64,000 nt of DNA from Candidatus Marinacidobacterales bacterium (GCA_965219415.1 OZ244742.1:1920001-1984000); one strand, 5' to 3'. Counted from the first letter of the stretch, positions 39,945 to 51,316 are shown. A program made the numbers and translations. The notes: generated by a model not told the origin, from the letters alone.

Positions 39945-41372
39945 TCAGGCCCTTCTCACGTAGTCGAAATCGAACGGTTTTCCTTTGACCCCAGATTGCG
40001 GGGGAGCGATCCAGTTGGCGATCTTGCCTGGCTCGTGGACCGGCTTCATCAGGCTTGCCACAAAGGCTTCGTCTTCCTTCGAGGGCAACCATTCGTCCCT
40101 TCGGGCGTTCCACTGATCCTCGGAAAGCATCTCTCCCTTCGGATCGAAGTAGTAGCCTGCAAAGGCTCCGATCTGTCGATTGAACCGCCGGTGGGGTAAC
40201 GCCAGGCGATCGGAGATCCCGTGCTGCTCCAAGATTCGGTTCCACCGATCCACGCCCCTCTGAGCGTCTGCAACGTAGGCGTCACGGAGGATCTCGTTCA
40301 TCGCGTTGCGAAGCGGCACTTCGGCGCGCGCAAGCTTCCCGTTCTCGATCACGTCCATCTCGTACGCACCCTCGAGGGCTTTGTGGTCAGAGTAGCCTTC
40401 CTCTTTGTGGCGTCCCTTTAGGCCCGCCGCGAAGAACTGCGCTGCGTTCGTCGAGACTTCCCCGCCGAAGAGATCGAGAGAGATGGTAAACCAGAAGTTG
40501 AGATACCTTTGAATCGTCTGCAGGTCGAACGCTCCCTCGCATCGAACATCGTCTTTTCCATCGCGCATCAACTGGGCGGCGCGCTCCACCATGCGTCCCA
40601 CTCCGGTCTCTCCGACCGACATATGGAAGGCCTCCTCGGTCAACATGAACCGGCAGGTACGAGCCAGCGGTTCGAAACCGCTTTCGGCAAGCGCCAGCAA
40701 CTGGAACTTCCCATCGCGGTCGGTGAACATCGTGAACATAAAGAAGTTGAGCCAGTCTCCACAGGGCGCGTTGAAGGCGCCGAGCAAACGGGGCTTGTCC
40801 GGATTGCCGCTACGTCGCTCTAACAAACCCTCCGCCTCTTCACGCCCGTCGCGGCCGAAGTATGAGTGCAGCAGGTAGACCATCGCCCAAAGGTGACGTC
40901 CCTCCTCCACGTTTACTTGGAAGAGATTCCGCATATCGTAGATGCTCGGAGCGGTCTTCCCGAGCTCACGTTGTTGCTCGACACTCGCCGGCTCGGTATC
41001 TCCCTGAGTGACGATGAGGCGACGAAGCTGCGTCCGAAACTCACCGGGTACACTCTGCCAAGCCGGCTGGCCTTCGAAATCACCGAACCCGATTTTCCGA
41101 TCGGCCTCGCCCGGAGTCAGAAAGATGCCCCAGCGATAGTCCGGCATTTTCGTGAAATCGAAATGCGCCCAACCGCTCGCCTCCACCGAAATGGCGGTGC
41201 GGAGATAAACCTCGTCCGCCTGGAAACCATCCGGGCCCATATCCTTCCACCATTCGATGAAGTTGGGCTGCCATTTCTCGAGCGCCCGCTTCAGTTTCGG
41301 GTCTTGGGAAAGGTTGACGTTGTTTGGAATCTTTTCGTCGAGCTCCGACACTTTATGTTTTCCTCCAGTCAA
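39945..41372 (-). CDS. boxB: Benzoyl-CoA 2,3-epoxidase subunit B
   Basis: IPNNVNL, QGDTEPASVEQQ, EEGRHLW, TDRDGKFQL, EEAFH di-iron motifs. Confidence 0.96.
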   Translation of the reverse strand: MTGGKHKVSELDEKIPNNVNLSQDPKLKRALEKWQPNFIEWWKDMGPDGFQADEVYLRTAISVEASGWAHFDFTKMPDYRWGIFLTPGEADRKIGFGDFEGQPAWQSVPGEFRTQLRRLIVTQGDTEPASVEQQRELGKTAPSIYDMRNLFQVNVEEGRHLWAMVYLLHSYFGRDGREEAEGLLERRSGNPDKPRLLGAFNAPCGDWLNFFMFTMFTDRDGKFQLLALAESGFEPLARTCRFMLTEEAFHMSVGETGVGRMVERAAQLMRDGKDDVRCEGAFDLQTIQRYLNFWFTISLDLFGGEVSTNAAQFFAAGLKGRHKEEGYSDHKALEGAYEMDVIENGKLARAEVPLRNAMNEILRDAYVADAQRGVDRWNRILEQHGISDRLALPHRRFNRQIGAFAGYYFDPKGEMLSEDQWNARRDEWLPSKEDEAFVASLMKPVHEPGKIANWIAPPQSGVKGKPFDFDYVRRA

Positions 41373-43005
41373 ACTCGGGCAAGCTTTGCTTGCCGTATAA
41401 GGTGAGCGCCCCTTTTTCTCCCACCGCGTTGGGACGCTGGAATATCCAGTTCTGCCAGGCCGTCAAGCGTCCGAATATTTTGGTTTCCATGGTCTCGGGG
41501 CCTGGGAAACGAAGCGAGGCCTCCATCCCGGTCATGGCGTCTGGGGAAAAACCCGCTCGTTCTTCGATCGCGATACGTACCTCGTCGTCCCAATCGAGCT
41601 CATCCGGCCTAAACGTGACGAGACCGTATTCTTCCGCCTCTTCGGCGTCGAAGAGTTCTTTGTGCTCCAGGGCTCGCTGGACTTTCGTGGGGTGTCCCAA
41701 GAATCGGGTTTCCAAGCGAGACAACCCATTACTCATCGGCCAGAGTCCGCCGTTCAAGGGTCCAAGACCGACCCTAACCGGCGGATCGGCTCCATCGAGC
41801 ATGTAGCTTCGGTCCGCGGCGAGCGCGAGCTCCAAGAGACTCCCCGCAAAACACGAGCCCGGCTCGATGAGGGCGAAGAGACTTCTCGCCGTCAGATCGA
41901 CCCGCTTGAGCGCTCGCCGAAGCTTCAGAATGATCTCGCGCGCTAGCCAATTGTCGGCGAGGCGAGCCAGGGCACGATCGAACGCCAGGGCTTGCTCGGG
42001 GTCACCGACTGTCTTTAGTATCACGAGCCCCACCGTCTCGTAGTTGAATCGTAATTGGCAAAACGCATCGTCGAGCTCGCGCGCCATGGCCAGTGTCCAG
42101 AAGTCACAGCCTGCTGCGTGCAATGCTTCCACGGACTCGGGAGGTTCTCCTTCCGGTCCGCGAACCACTAGCTCTGCGGTGCGTCGTTCCCGATCGATCG
42201 TCACGGTGACGTGCCGGTACGCCAGGCGGTTCTCGGTGCGCTCCGCATCCAGTGGTTTGAGCTCGATGCCCTTTTCTCCCGAGCCTCCACGACGCGAGGC
42301 TGGGGTCGCCGCCTCCACCATCGCTCGAGCCCGTTCCTGAACAATGGTGTCGAACTGGCTGCGGGGTGCAATGCGATCGACCAAACCCCACTCTACGGCA
42401 CGCTTGCCTTTGATCCCTTCCACTAAGGTGGAGAAAACGTCGGCCCGATCGCGACGAACCTTTCGCTTGTCGACGAGTCGAGTCAGTCCTCCCGTTCCCG
42501 GCAACACACCTAGCAGGGGTACTTCTGGCAACGCGACCGCGGCGTTGCCATCATCGACTAGAATGATTTCCTCTGCGGCGAGGGCCAACTCGTAGCCCCC
42601 TCCCGAGCAGACGCCGTTGACGGCGGCAATATAGCGCTGACCGCTTTCGCGGCTTGCTTCCTCCATGGCCAAACGCGTCTCGTTCGTGAACTTACAAAAG
42701 TTGACCTTGAAAGGATGGGAGGAGCTCGCCAGCATATAGATGTTCGCACCCGCCGAGAAGATCCGATCCTTGCCGCTCTGCACCACAACCGCCTTGACCT
42801 CGGGATGCTCGAAGCGGAGACGCTCAATCGCGTCGGCCAACTCGATGTCGACACCGAGATCATAGCTATTGAGCTTCAACTGATAGCCCGGCCTGAGACC
42901 GCCGTCTTCTCGAATGTCGAGGGTCAGGGTGGCCACCGCTCCGTCGAACGTCAGCTTCAGATGGCGGTACGCGCCAGGGTTTGTCTCACAATCAATTGTT
43001 TTCAT
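41353..43005 (-). CDS. boxC: 2,3-epoxybenzoyl-CoA dihydrolase
   Basis: KLNSYDLGVDIEL, NFCKFTNETR, IFGRLTAWQNWIFQRPNAVG. Confidence 0.96.
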   Translation of the reverse strand: MKTIDCETNPGAYRHLKLTFDGAVATLTLDIREDGGLRPGYQLKLNSYDLGVDIELADAIERLRFEHPEVKAVVVQSGKDRIFSAGANIYMLASSSHPFKVNFCKFTNETRLAMEEASRESGQRYIAAVNGVCSGGGYELALAAEEIILVDDGNAAVALPEVPLLGVLPGTGGLTRLVDKRKVRRDRADVFSTLVEGIKGKRAVEWGLVDRIAPRSQFDTIVQERARAMVEAATPASRRGGSGEKGIELKPLDAERTENRLAYRHVTVTIDRERRTAELVVRGPEGEPPESVEALHAAGCDFWTLAMARELDDAFCQLRFNYETVGLVILKTVGDPEQALAFDRALARLADNWLAREIILKLRRALKRVDLTARSLFALIEPGSCFAGSLLELALAADRSYMLDGADPPVRVGLGPLNGGLWPMSNGLSRLETRFLGHPTKVQRALEHKELFDAEEAEEYGLVTFRPDELDWDDEVRIAIEERAGFSPDAMTGMEASLRFPGPETMETKIFGRLTAWQNWIFQRPNAVGEKGALTLYGKQSLPEFDWRKT

Positions 43006-43009
43006 GGGC

Positions 43010-43102
43010 CATCAAGCATACTTGCCAGCCTGCCTGGCTGCAAGGGATACCCAGCATTATACTACTTGTTATTACATATATACTAGTACTATAATTCCAA
43101 CA
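43010..43102. promoter_or_regulatory. Divergent boxC/boxR promoter-operator region
   Basis: AT-rich with repeated CATTATACT / CATATATACT / ACTATAATT; -10-like boxes on both strands. Confidence 0.55.
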
Positions 43103-43843
43103 ATGAATTCGTCGGATTCTTCGGATTTCCTTGTCCGATTGGGACGGCGGCTTCGCGAGTATCGGAACGGCCGGGGACTCAGTCAGATCCGACTCGCCGA
43201 GCTGGCCCGGCTGTCACCTCGTTACGTCTCACAGCTCGAGTCGGGCCGAGGCAACATCTCCATCCTTCGCCTGTGGGAGCTAGCACGGGCTCTGGGGGTA
43301 CCGGTCGACGAGCTCGTGCGCCTCGATGAAGGCGAGAAAACCATTGCTCTCATCGGCCTGCGAGGCGCCGGAAAGTCGACCATCGGAAAGAAACTGGCTC
43401 GGGCTCTCAAGAGACCTTTCTATGAGCTCGACCGTTTGATCGAACAAGAGGCGGGCCTCCGCCTGGGCGAGATCTTCGCTTTGCACGGAGAGACTTATTA
43501 CCGACGCCTCGAGAGAGAAGTGTTATCGCGGTTCCTGTCCTCGAGCCAGCCGGCGGTTCTCACGACGGGAGGAGGATTGGTCACCGATCGGACGACCTAT
43601 GAAACTCTGAAGCGACGAGCGTTTGCCGTGTGGCTGAAGGCTAGACCAGAGGATCATCTCGATCGCGTCGTCGCGCAAGGAGATCGGCGGCCGATGGCCG
43701 GGGCCGCGGACCCCCTGGCAGAGCTTCGCGCTTTGCTTCGAGACCGTGGACCCCTCTACGCGGAGGCGGATCTTACCGTCGACACCTCCGCCTGGAGTCC
43801 CGAGGAAGTGACGCGCGCGATAGTGGAAAAAACCGTGGCTTAG
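43103..43843 (+). CDS. boxR: BoxR/BzdR-type regulator (XRE HTH plus shikimate-kinase-like domain)
   Basis: HTH LSPRYVSQLESGRGN; IALIGLRGAGKSTIG; RVVAQGDRRPM; divergent from boxC. Confidence 0.9.
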   Translation: MNSSDSSDFLVRLGRRLREYRNGRGLSQIRLAELARLSPRYVSQLESGRGNISILRLWELARALGVPVDELVRLDEGEKTIALIGLRGAGKSTIGKKLARALKRPFYELDRLIEQEAGLRLGEIFALHGETYYRRLEREVLSRFLSSSQPAVLTTGGGLVTDRTTYETLKRRAFAVWLKARPEDHLDRVVAQGDRRPMAGAADPLAELRALLRDRGPLYAEADLTVDTSAWSPEEVTRAIVEKTVA

Positions 43844-43879
43844 ACACGGGCTTACCAGTGTGCGTGCTAGGATGCGGAT

Positions 43880-45829
43880 ATGCGCTGGCTGCCTATCGCG
43901 CTCGGATCGCTATCGGCGATCGCCCTCGCAGGGGCTTCACCACAAAAAACCGAACCTACCAACCCACTCACTATCGAAGAAATCCTTCGCGTTCCCCGGA
44001 TGCACGAATTCGATCTGGCACTCGACGGCGGGCGGGTGGCGGCCGCCATTTCGATTCTCGGCTTGGAGAAGATTTGGGTCATCGCCGATCCCGAAACAGT
44101 CGGCGTGCCGGTAGCGCACGGCGAAGGCGGCGATCGCGAGCCGGATTGGTCACCGGACGGTAAGGAAATCGCCTTCGCTTCCAATCGCACCGGAAGCTGG
44201 CATGTGTTCGTGACCGCCCCCGGGGACGAGGGAGCGCGACAGATCACGAGCCGGGATGACGGCGATGACCGCAGACCCCGCTGGTCCCCCGACGGACGGC
44301 GAATCGCTTTCCTGTCTCGCGCCGCGAATAGCAGCACCGGCTGGGATGTCTGGGTAAAACCGATCTCGGGTGGTGAACCGCTTCGACTGACGCGAGATCC
44401 CCTGGATGAACAGGATCCGCGGTGGTCTCCAGACGGAAAGTGGATTGCGTTTACGTTTCGGGGTGGCCGACACGTGAATCGGCGCATCGCGGTCGTTGCC
44501 GCTGCCGGCGGCAAATTACGCGAGCTCCTACCTCAGAAGTGGAGCGGCGACAGCCACTCCGCCCGCTGGTCGCCGGATGGAAAGCGCCTGGCCTTCGTGT
44601 CTGATGAAGGTGGCTTGAAATCCATTTTCATCGTTTCCATCAACGGAGGCGAGGGAGGCGAGCCCGAGAGATTCACGAATTCCAAGCACGAGCAGACCGA
44701 ACCCGCCTGGAGTCCCGATGGAGATGTGATCGCGCACGTTTCAAATCGCGATGGAACCCAACGCCTCATGGTGACCTCGCTCGCCGATCGCAATAGCAGG
44801 ACCTTCACGCTCGGTACCGGCGTCTACCAAAGCCCTCAATGGACCTCCGACGGCGAGACTCTGGCTAGCTTGTTCTCGGGCCCGGTTTACCCCCCGGACG
44901 TGTGGCTCTTCGAGAAAAATGCCGGGCGACGGAGACTAAGCGACACCCTCCCCTCGAACCTCGACGTCCGGAAGATGGTTCGACCGGAGTTGGTGCGTTA
45001 TCCGAGCTTCGATGGCCGGACCATCACCGGCTACCTTTACTTGCCGGCCACCGCCAGCGCGGGAGAACCGGCTCCACTCGTCGCACACCCCCACGGAGGG
45101 CCGACCTCGCAGTGGTTGAACGGCTGGCATCCGTTCGTTCAACTTCTTGTGCAACATGGTTACGCGATTTTCGCACCCAACGTGCGTGGCAGCTCGGGTT
45201 TCGGCGTCGAGTTCGAGAAGCTCAACAACGGCGACTGGGGGAGAGGCGACCTCAAAGATCTCGTGGCCGGCGTGCAAGAGCTTATCCAGCGGCCCGAGAT
45301 CCGCGACGACCGCCTGGGCATCTGGGGTGTGAGCTACGGCGGTTTTCTCACCCTCGCCGCAATCGGTCAGTATCCGGACCTATTCCACTGCGCGGTGGAA
45401 GCGGTAGGAATGCCCGACCTCGAGATGCTATACCGAGAGACGAACACCGACGGCTTGACCTACTTGGAAAGAGAGCTCGGCTCTCTTCGCGGTCACCAAG
45501 ATCTCTATCGGGAGCTTTCGCCGGTCCGCCTGGTCGACGAAATGAAAACCCCTTTACTCACGTTTCACGGCGAGGATTACCAACTGGTTCCCTACTCGAC
45601 CAAGGTGGGTATGTTGAAATCCCTTTCCGAGCGGAAATATCCCCTCGAAGAGTTCGTTTTCAAGGGCGATCAGGGCTGTGGTGTGTACCGATTCGATCTC
45701 TACCCGCAGGCCAGCGGCTTTTACATGGAAAAGATACTAGAAGTCTTCCGGGAGGAACTTACTGAACGTCCGGCGGTCCCGGCGGCGGAATCGGCGGCGC
45801 TTGCCTCCAAGCCCGGAAGCGGCCGTTGA
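43880..45829 (+). CDS. S9-family peptidase with TolB/PD40 propeller repeats
   Basis: Repeated P.WSPDG; HGGP; NVRGSSGFG; GVSYGG. Confidence 0.9.
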   Translation: MRWLPIALGSLSAIALAGASPQKTEPTNPLTIEEILRVPRMHEFDLALDGGRVAAAISILGLEKIWVIADPETVGVPVAHGEGGDREPDWSPDGKEIAFASNRTGSWHVFVTAPGDEGARQITSRDDGDDRRPRWSPDGRRIAFLSRAANSSTGWDVWVKPISGGEPLRLTRDPLDEQDPRWSPDGKWIAFTFRGGRHVNRRIAVVAAAGGKLRELLPQKWSGDSHSARWSPDGKRLAFVSDEGGLKSIFIVSINGGEGGEPERFTNSKHEQTEPAWSPDGDVIAHVSNRDGTQRLMVTSLADRNSRTFTLGTGVYQSPQWTSDGETLASLFSGPVYPPDVWLFEKNAGRRRLSDTLPSNLDVRKMVRPELVRYPSFDGRTITGYLYLPATASAGEPAPLVAHPHGGPTSQWLNGWHPFVQLLVQHGYAIFAPNVRGSSGFGVEFEKLNNGDWGRGDLKDLVAGVQELIQRPEIRDDRLGIWGVSYGGFLTLAAIGQYPDLFHCAVEAVGMPDLEMLYRETNTDGLTYLERELGSLRGHQDLYRELSPVRLVDEMKTPLLTFHGEDYQLVPYSTKVGMLKSLSERKYPLEEFVFKGDQGCGVYRFDLYPQASGFYMEKILEVFREELTERPAVPAAESAALASKPGSGR

Positions 45830-47676
45830 GGTATTGGGCCTCGTAGACCAACCAGGTTCCCTCGAGCCGGTTTCCTACCAGCTCGGCATCGAGATGAATA
45901 TTGAGTTTCTCGTCGTAAGTGACGCGGGCAACCAGGGATTCACCGATGGGGCTCACCCGCGTGAAAAGCCCCTCCAGCGATTGGGCACCGCCCTCGTTTA
46001 GAACGACCTTCCCGGCGAGAGATCCATCGGCCCCATCAGCCCCGCCAGATTGTTCGGTGATGGAAAAACTCACCGGATACCCCTGGGGCAACACGTAGCC
46101 ATGCCAATCTCCGACTAGAGATATGGGCTCGTCCTCGTCGCCGGCTTCTTACAAGGTCGATGAGAACTCGACCAGGCACCGATTCCTTGGGCAGCACGCG
46201 AAAGAAATGGCCTTCGGGAACGAAGTGGTGGGTTTCTAGAAGCCCTTCCACAATCGGATTGGGCGGATGGAGACCGACCAAGAAAAGAGGAAGGTCTTCG
46301 TCGGCGACCCATTCTTGGAGCTGGCTTTCGTCTCTCGGGGTCAACCTTTCGTAAATCACCTCGGGTCCGGCCTTCTCCACCTCGGACATGTAGCGCAACG
46401 GAGCAAGAAACAACTCTCCATGCCTTGAAACGGCCGTGATGCGGGCGCGGTCCGGAAGCGACCGGAGCGCTTCCCTCGCGAAGGCGCGGGCATCGGGGCT
46501 CTCGCGGCGATCGGGATTGAGCAGATGGGCCAGAGGATCGAACGGCACCTCGAACTCCAAGGCCAGAAAAGATCCCGCCCGCGGCTTTTGTTCCAGGCGG
46601 TCGAGCGCCCAAGGTGCGGCGTGATAGAGAAGCACCGGCGATAGACTCAACACCAGGGCAAACACGTAGTCTCGCCATCCTCCATCGGCAAGTAGCTTCC
46701 ACCAGCCGTAGCCAACCGCGATCGAGATGACCACCCAAGCCGGTACATAGGCGTTCATCGGGTCCGGCAACTTCAGGCTGATCGCCAAGGCCGAATACAC
46801 CGCGAACAATGGAAACAGGAGCCCGAAAACGTATTTCTGCCTGCGGAAGAGCTCCAGCATCCCGAGGAGCCCGATGAAGAGGGTCCACGGAGGAAAGCTG
46901 TATAGCAGGGTCACACCAAAGCGAATGGCCGATGCCTTCAGGGGCTCGTCCCACGACAGCATCGTGTTGTCGCGCCAAAAAGTGACCCAGGCCCACTGTT
47001 CCGTTGGAATCTCGAAACCGGCCCTCGCCCAGTGAGACGCGGTAACCGCCAGGGCCACACCGGAGCTCACCAGCAACACGCCCAAACCGCGGGCCCTCAC
47101 CTTTCCTATTTCCCGCACCAAAGGCGGGCGCACCACCCGTACCCAGATCGCAAAGACCGGGAGCAGAAAAACCATCATCAGGTTATTCGACAGCGACAGT
47201 CCGAGGATCCCCATCGCCAGATAGAAAAAGGGAGTCCGTCCCTCGTTAGCAAAACGCAACAGATAATAGAGGAGGGCGGCGAGCAAAAGAGCATCCAGCG
47301 CTTCCGGCCCCGGCGTCACGGCGCGTAGCCAAAACGTGTGCGCCACCGCGAGCGCGATCGCTCCCACGATACCCACTCGGCGCGCAACGAATTGCGGGGC
47401 GATCTGTAGCAAGAATTTCAAAAGAAGATAGACGTAGAGACAAGCCCCGGCCGCAAAGGCGGCGGACGCAACATTCGTCCGTCGAGGAAGCGAATCCCTC
47501 GGAATCATCAAGAAGGGCTGCGAGACCAGCACGTACAGGGGACGATCCCAGGGACCCTCTCCGATCTCTGCCAAGGCGACGCGACGCTGGTAGCTTGCCC
47601 CTTCGCCCCAAGCGATGTCCGGAGGACCGGTAAAAACGTAAAAGGCGAAGCAGCCGACGAAGACCGCTAGGGCCAC
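45759..47676 (-). CDS. DUF2723-like membrane protein (putative glycosyltransferase), +1 frameshift near 46150
   Basis: Multiple TM segments; PDIAWGEG...PLY; FW..A...E. Confidence 0.7.
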
Positions 47677-47788
47677 GCCGGTATTGACCCAGACCGCGAT
47701 ACCAGTTCGGTCTCATAGCGGGGCCTTTTATAACACGCTTAGCTTAATTCGGGGAGAGCCGAGGGGGATCGCGGTAAAATGCGCGGCG

Positions 47789-48541
47789 GTGGATAAAGAC
47801 CAATATCAAAGACTCTTCGAGCTGGAGGACCGATTGTGGTGGTTCGTCGGCATGAGGAAATTGAGTTTCGCACTCATCGACCGATTCGTGCGTGCGTCCC
47901 CACCCCTTTTCATCCTCGATGCCGGCTGCGGAACGGGAGGCATGATCCCGCATCTTCAATCGTACGGCTCGGTGGTGGGGGCCGATCTTTCCGGCGAAGC
48001 CCTCGCTTTCGCCCGGCGACGGCAAGAGGGGCACCTCGTCAAGAGCTCCCTTCCAAACCTTCCTTTCAGCTCTGGTGCTTTCGATCTCGTCACGTCCTTC
48101 GACGTCATCTATCACCAAGCGGTTGCCGACGACGAGGTCGCGCTTCGCGAAATGGCGAGGGTCCTCCGGCCGGGCGGTACCTTATTAATGAGGGTACCGG
48201 CTCACGACCGTCTGAGGAGCCGCCACGACATCGCGGTCCACACCCGCCACCGATACGGGAAACGTGAGCTCGAGGACAAGCTCGAACGTGCGGGCCTGGA
48301 GCCGGTCTACTTGTCCTACGTGAACTGCTTTCTCTTCCCCGTCGCCGTCGTCTCGAGACTCGCAGATAAGATCTTGCCGGGAGACCAGGACGCTTCCCAG
48401 CTGAGGGATGTACCTGCCTTACTCAACCGGGTGCTGACGGCGGTTCTCGGGCTCGAAGCCTCTGTCATCCGCCGCAGGCGGCCCGGGAGGCTTCCTTTCG
48501 GATTGTCCTTGGTTGCGGTGGCAGGCCGTAAGGGCGAGTGA
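47789..48541 (+). CDS. Class I SAM-dependent methyltransferase
   Basis: E..LWWF, ILDAGCGTG, LPFSSGAFD, RVLRPGG. Confidence 0.92.
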   Translation: MDKDQYQRLFELEDRLWWFVGMRKLSFALIDRFVRASPPLFILDAGCGTGGMIPHLQSYGSVVGADLSGEALAFARRRQEGHLVKSSLPNLPFSSGAFDLVTSFDVIYHQAVADDEVALREMARVLRPGGTLLMRVPAHDRLRSRHDIAVHTRHRYGKRELEDKLERAGLEPVYLSYVNCFLFPVAVVSRLADKILPGDQDASQLRDVPALLNRVLTAVLGLEASVIRRRRPGRLPFGLSLVAVAGRKGE

Positions 48542-48563
48542 AGACTGAAGAGTGAAGAGTGAG
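48536..48563. repeat. Four imperfect 7-bp tandem units
   Basis: GAGTGAA GACTGAA GAGTGAA GAGTGAG between convergent genes. Confidence 0.55.
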
Positions 48564-50431
48564 CTAGCGATGCGCGGCGAACGCGCTCTCGCCGACGGAG
48601 CCGGCTTCCATCGCGACACGGGCACCCGAGACACCGGGGCGATTGACGTGCACGCGGAGCACCAGATCCATTTCGGTAGCCCCGAGATAGAGAGAGCCCG
48701 AGGGATCGAAGGATAGAAAGTCCAAACTCTCGGGCATCAGCTCATCCGGAAGGCTCACCGAGCGTGATCGCGGCGCCTCATCACGCTGCCGCCACCAATC
48801 GGAAAGGCGAAATAACTCCAGCGGCATCTGCGACGGATCGCCCGACCACTGCGGCGAGACCTCCACGATGACCACGTCCCCCAAGCCTCCTCGAACCAAA
48901 GCGTAGAGAGAACTTCCTTTAGGATCCCAGGCCAGAGATAGACCTTGCCCCGGCAGCGGACCTATACGGGCCGCCACGCCCGCGGAGGCGGTTTCGTCAA
49001 AGGGTAGCTTCCACAGAGTTCCGCCGCCGTACTCATCCATCAAGAAGTAGATGTTTTGGTCTCGCCCGAGGATCATGCGGCCCGAACTGCCTGGGAGGGT
49101 GGCCACTTCTTCTGGATGCCCCTTCGGGTCACCGTTCGAATCGAAGCGGTACCGAAGGATAGCCCCATACTCGCGACGAGATAAGTATAGAGAGCCATCT
49201 GGGCCAAACGTCATACCACCGATCGGATCGAGTATCTCGGTGTTCGTTAATGTCAGCTGGCGAGCCTGCGGCGAAAGCCCACCGCCATTTTCGGGCAGCA
49301 CGCGCACCAAGTGACCGGGCCCGGCCCCGAGAACGCGGCAACGAAGATGGAGCCCGCGAGGGGCCCGTTTTCCGGCCCGAGACACATTGCAATCGGCCCG
49401 CGAACACCGGGAAGAAGAACGACGCTTCCCCTCGCGTCGCCACCGCCTTGCCCCTCCATGGGAAATACCTGAAGCGACGCCGCGTCTTGGTCATTGGACA
49501 AGACCACGCGCTCGCCGGTCCGACTGCGGCCAACGAAGTCTGTGGGATTGGCGATCGGATGGACGATATGTGTGAGTCGTAGTCGCGGCAGACGCCCCGT
49601 CTCTAAACCCAAAACCACCGAGTGACGGCCAAGTGCGATGGCTGTCGTGAGTGACGAGGTCGACGTTTCAGCCTCGGCTGAAGGCAACGCGAGATGGACG
49701 CGAACCAGAGCTACACGCTCGCCGGCACCTACGCGAGCAGGCGCGATGTTCTCACCGCGCCCATCGAGGTAATCGAATTTCAATTCACGCACCCCGCGAG
49801 CCAACATGCGCGGCGTACCGCCGGAGACTTCCTTGACTAAGACGCTCCCTGCTTCACTGGGCCGGGGCTCGAGACGAAACCGAACCTCGCGAAGTTTCAA
49901 AACCCTCGCTCGCCGATAGGGCGAGTAAGTTTCGAGCAACTCACCGTCAGTGGAGTCGAGGGAGCGAAAAGCCAGAGCCTCGCGGGTGGCGATGACGACT
50001 TCGGCGCTCTCCGAGTTGCCGCCTCGGTCGATGAGAAGCACCCAGTCACCGACCTTAAAAAAATCGGCCCCGTCAACACGTACTTCCGCGTCGCTCGAAA
50101 CGAGATCCTCCAGCAACACGCCGACCAATCCCTCTGGATTGGACCGGAGTGTAATGACATCCGAAGTGGCGGTAGGATCCTCGGCGAGAAAAGGTAAGAC
50201 CTCGGTCACGCCCTCCATGCCATACCCAGCCCTCCCGATTTCGCGTACGATTTCATCGAAGGCCCAGGTCGCCGTTGCCGCTTCGGCGTCGTTGCGAACA
50301 TCTATCCCGTTTAGAGACTCGACCATGCGGCTGCTGTGTAGGAAGAAGCCCACAACGACGAGTGTGATCGAAAGACTAATTGTCGCCTCGATGAGGCTGT
50401 ACCCGTTAGTTACTCGCCTGCGTGTCAACAT
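48564..50431 (-). CDS. Prepilin-type (PilW-like) protein with C-terminal beta-propeller, frameshift near 49320
   Basis: GYSLIE cleavage motif; EIGRAGYG; GMTFGPDGSLY blades. Confidence 0.7.
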
Positions 50432-50532
50432 GGGGCGGGCATTTTACTTCAATGTTGACCCCCTGATGCAAGTCCGGCATCAGCGACAACGGTCCGAGCG
50501 TGGTCGCTCCCGCGGGCGGGTTCGACCAGTCT

Positions 50533-50860
50533 CTTCGCGGTCGGATTCGATGCCACATGGGAGATCGATGTCTTCGGGGGCATCAGGCGCGACATCCAAT
50601 CGGCCGCCGCTGACGTCGGCGCCTCGGTCGAGAACTACCGTGACGTCCTGGTGACACTCCTCGCCGAAGTGGCACTCAGCTACGTGGACGCAAGAACGTT
50701 CCACCAGCGCATCGTCTACGCGCGCGGCAACGCGGAGACCCAAGAACGGGCGCTGCGGCTCGTTCGCGCCCGCTATGAGACCGGGATCAGTCCGGCCTTG
50801 GATGTCGCCCAGGCGGAGTACAACTTGGCCGTTACTGAGGCGTCCATACCTCTCCTCGAG
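50533..50860 (+). pseudogene. TolC/NodT efflux outer membrane protein internal fragment
   Basis: FDATWEIDVFGGIRR...AEVALSYVDAR...LDVAQAE; no N- or C-terminus. Confidence 0.75.
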
Positions 50861-51316
50861 ATGGCGGCTCGCTGGTTCGCGTCCCATGTCGTCGACTCCC
50901 TGGTCGCCGACGTCGCGGCCTACGCGATGCTGGCCTGTTTCTTCGTCTATGTGACGACTCGAATCCTACGCTACGTGCTGACCGAGCGGCGGGTTACGTT
51001 CGAGACCGTATCGGCAGCGCTTTGTGCCTATCTCTTCCTGGGCTTCATCTGGGCAACGATCTATGCGATCCTCGAGAGCGTCCAACCCGGCAGTTTGAAC
51101 CTGACCCCGGCGGAGACGGTGTCTCTTTTTCCCTCATCCATCTACTACAGCTTCGTCACCCTGATGACCCTCGGCTATGGAGACGTGACGCCGCGAACGA
51201 TGCCCGCCCAGTATTTATCGTTCGTGGAGGCCGTTCTCGGCCAGCTCTACCTCGCCGTCCTGGTGGTCCGGCTGGTCGGACTGCACATCGCCCGCTCCAT
51301 GAACGAGAAGTGTTGA
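50861..51316 (+). pseudogene. Potassium channel (2-TM pore) C-terminal part, in frame with the TolC fragment
   Basis: YYSFVTLMTLGYGDVTP; EAVLGQLYLAVLVVRLVG. Confidence 0.8.
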
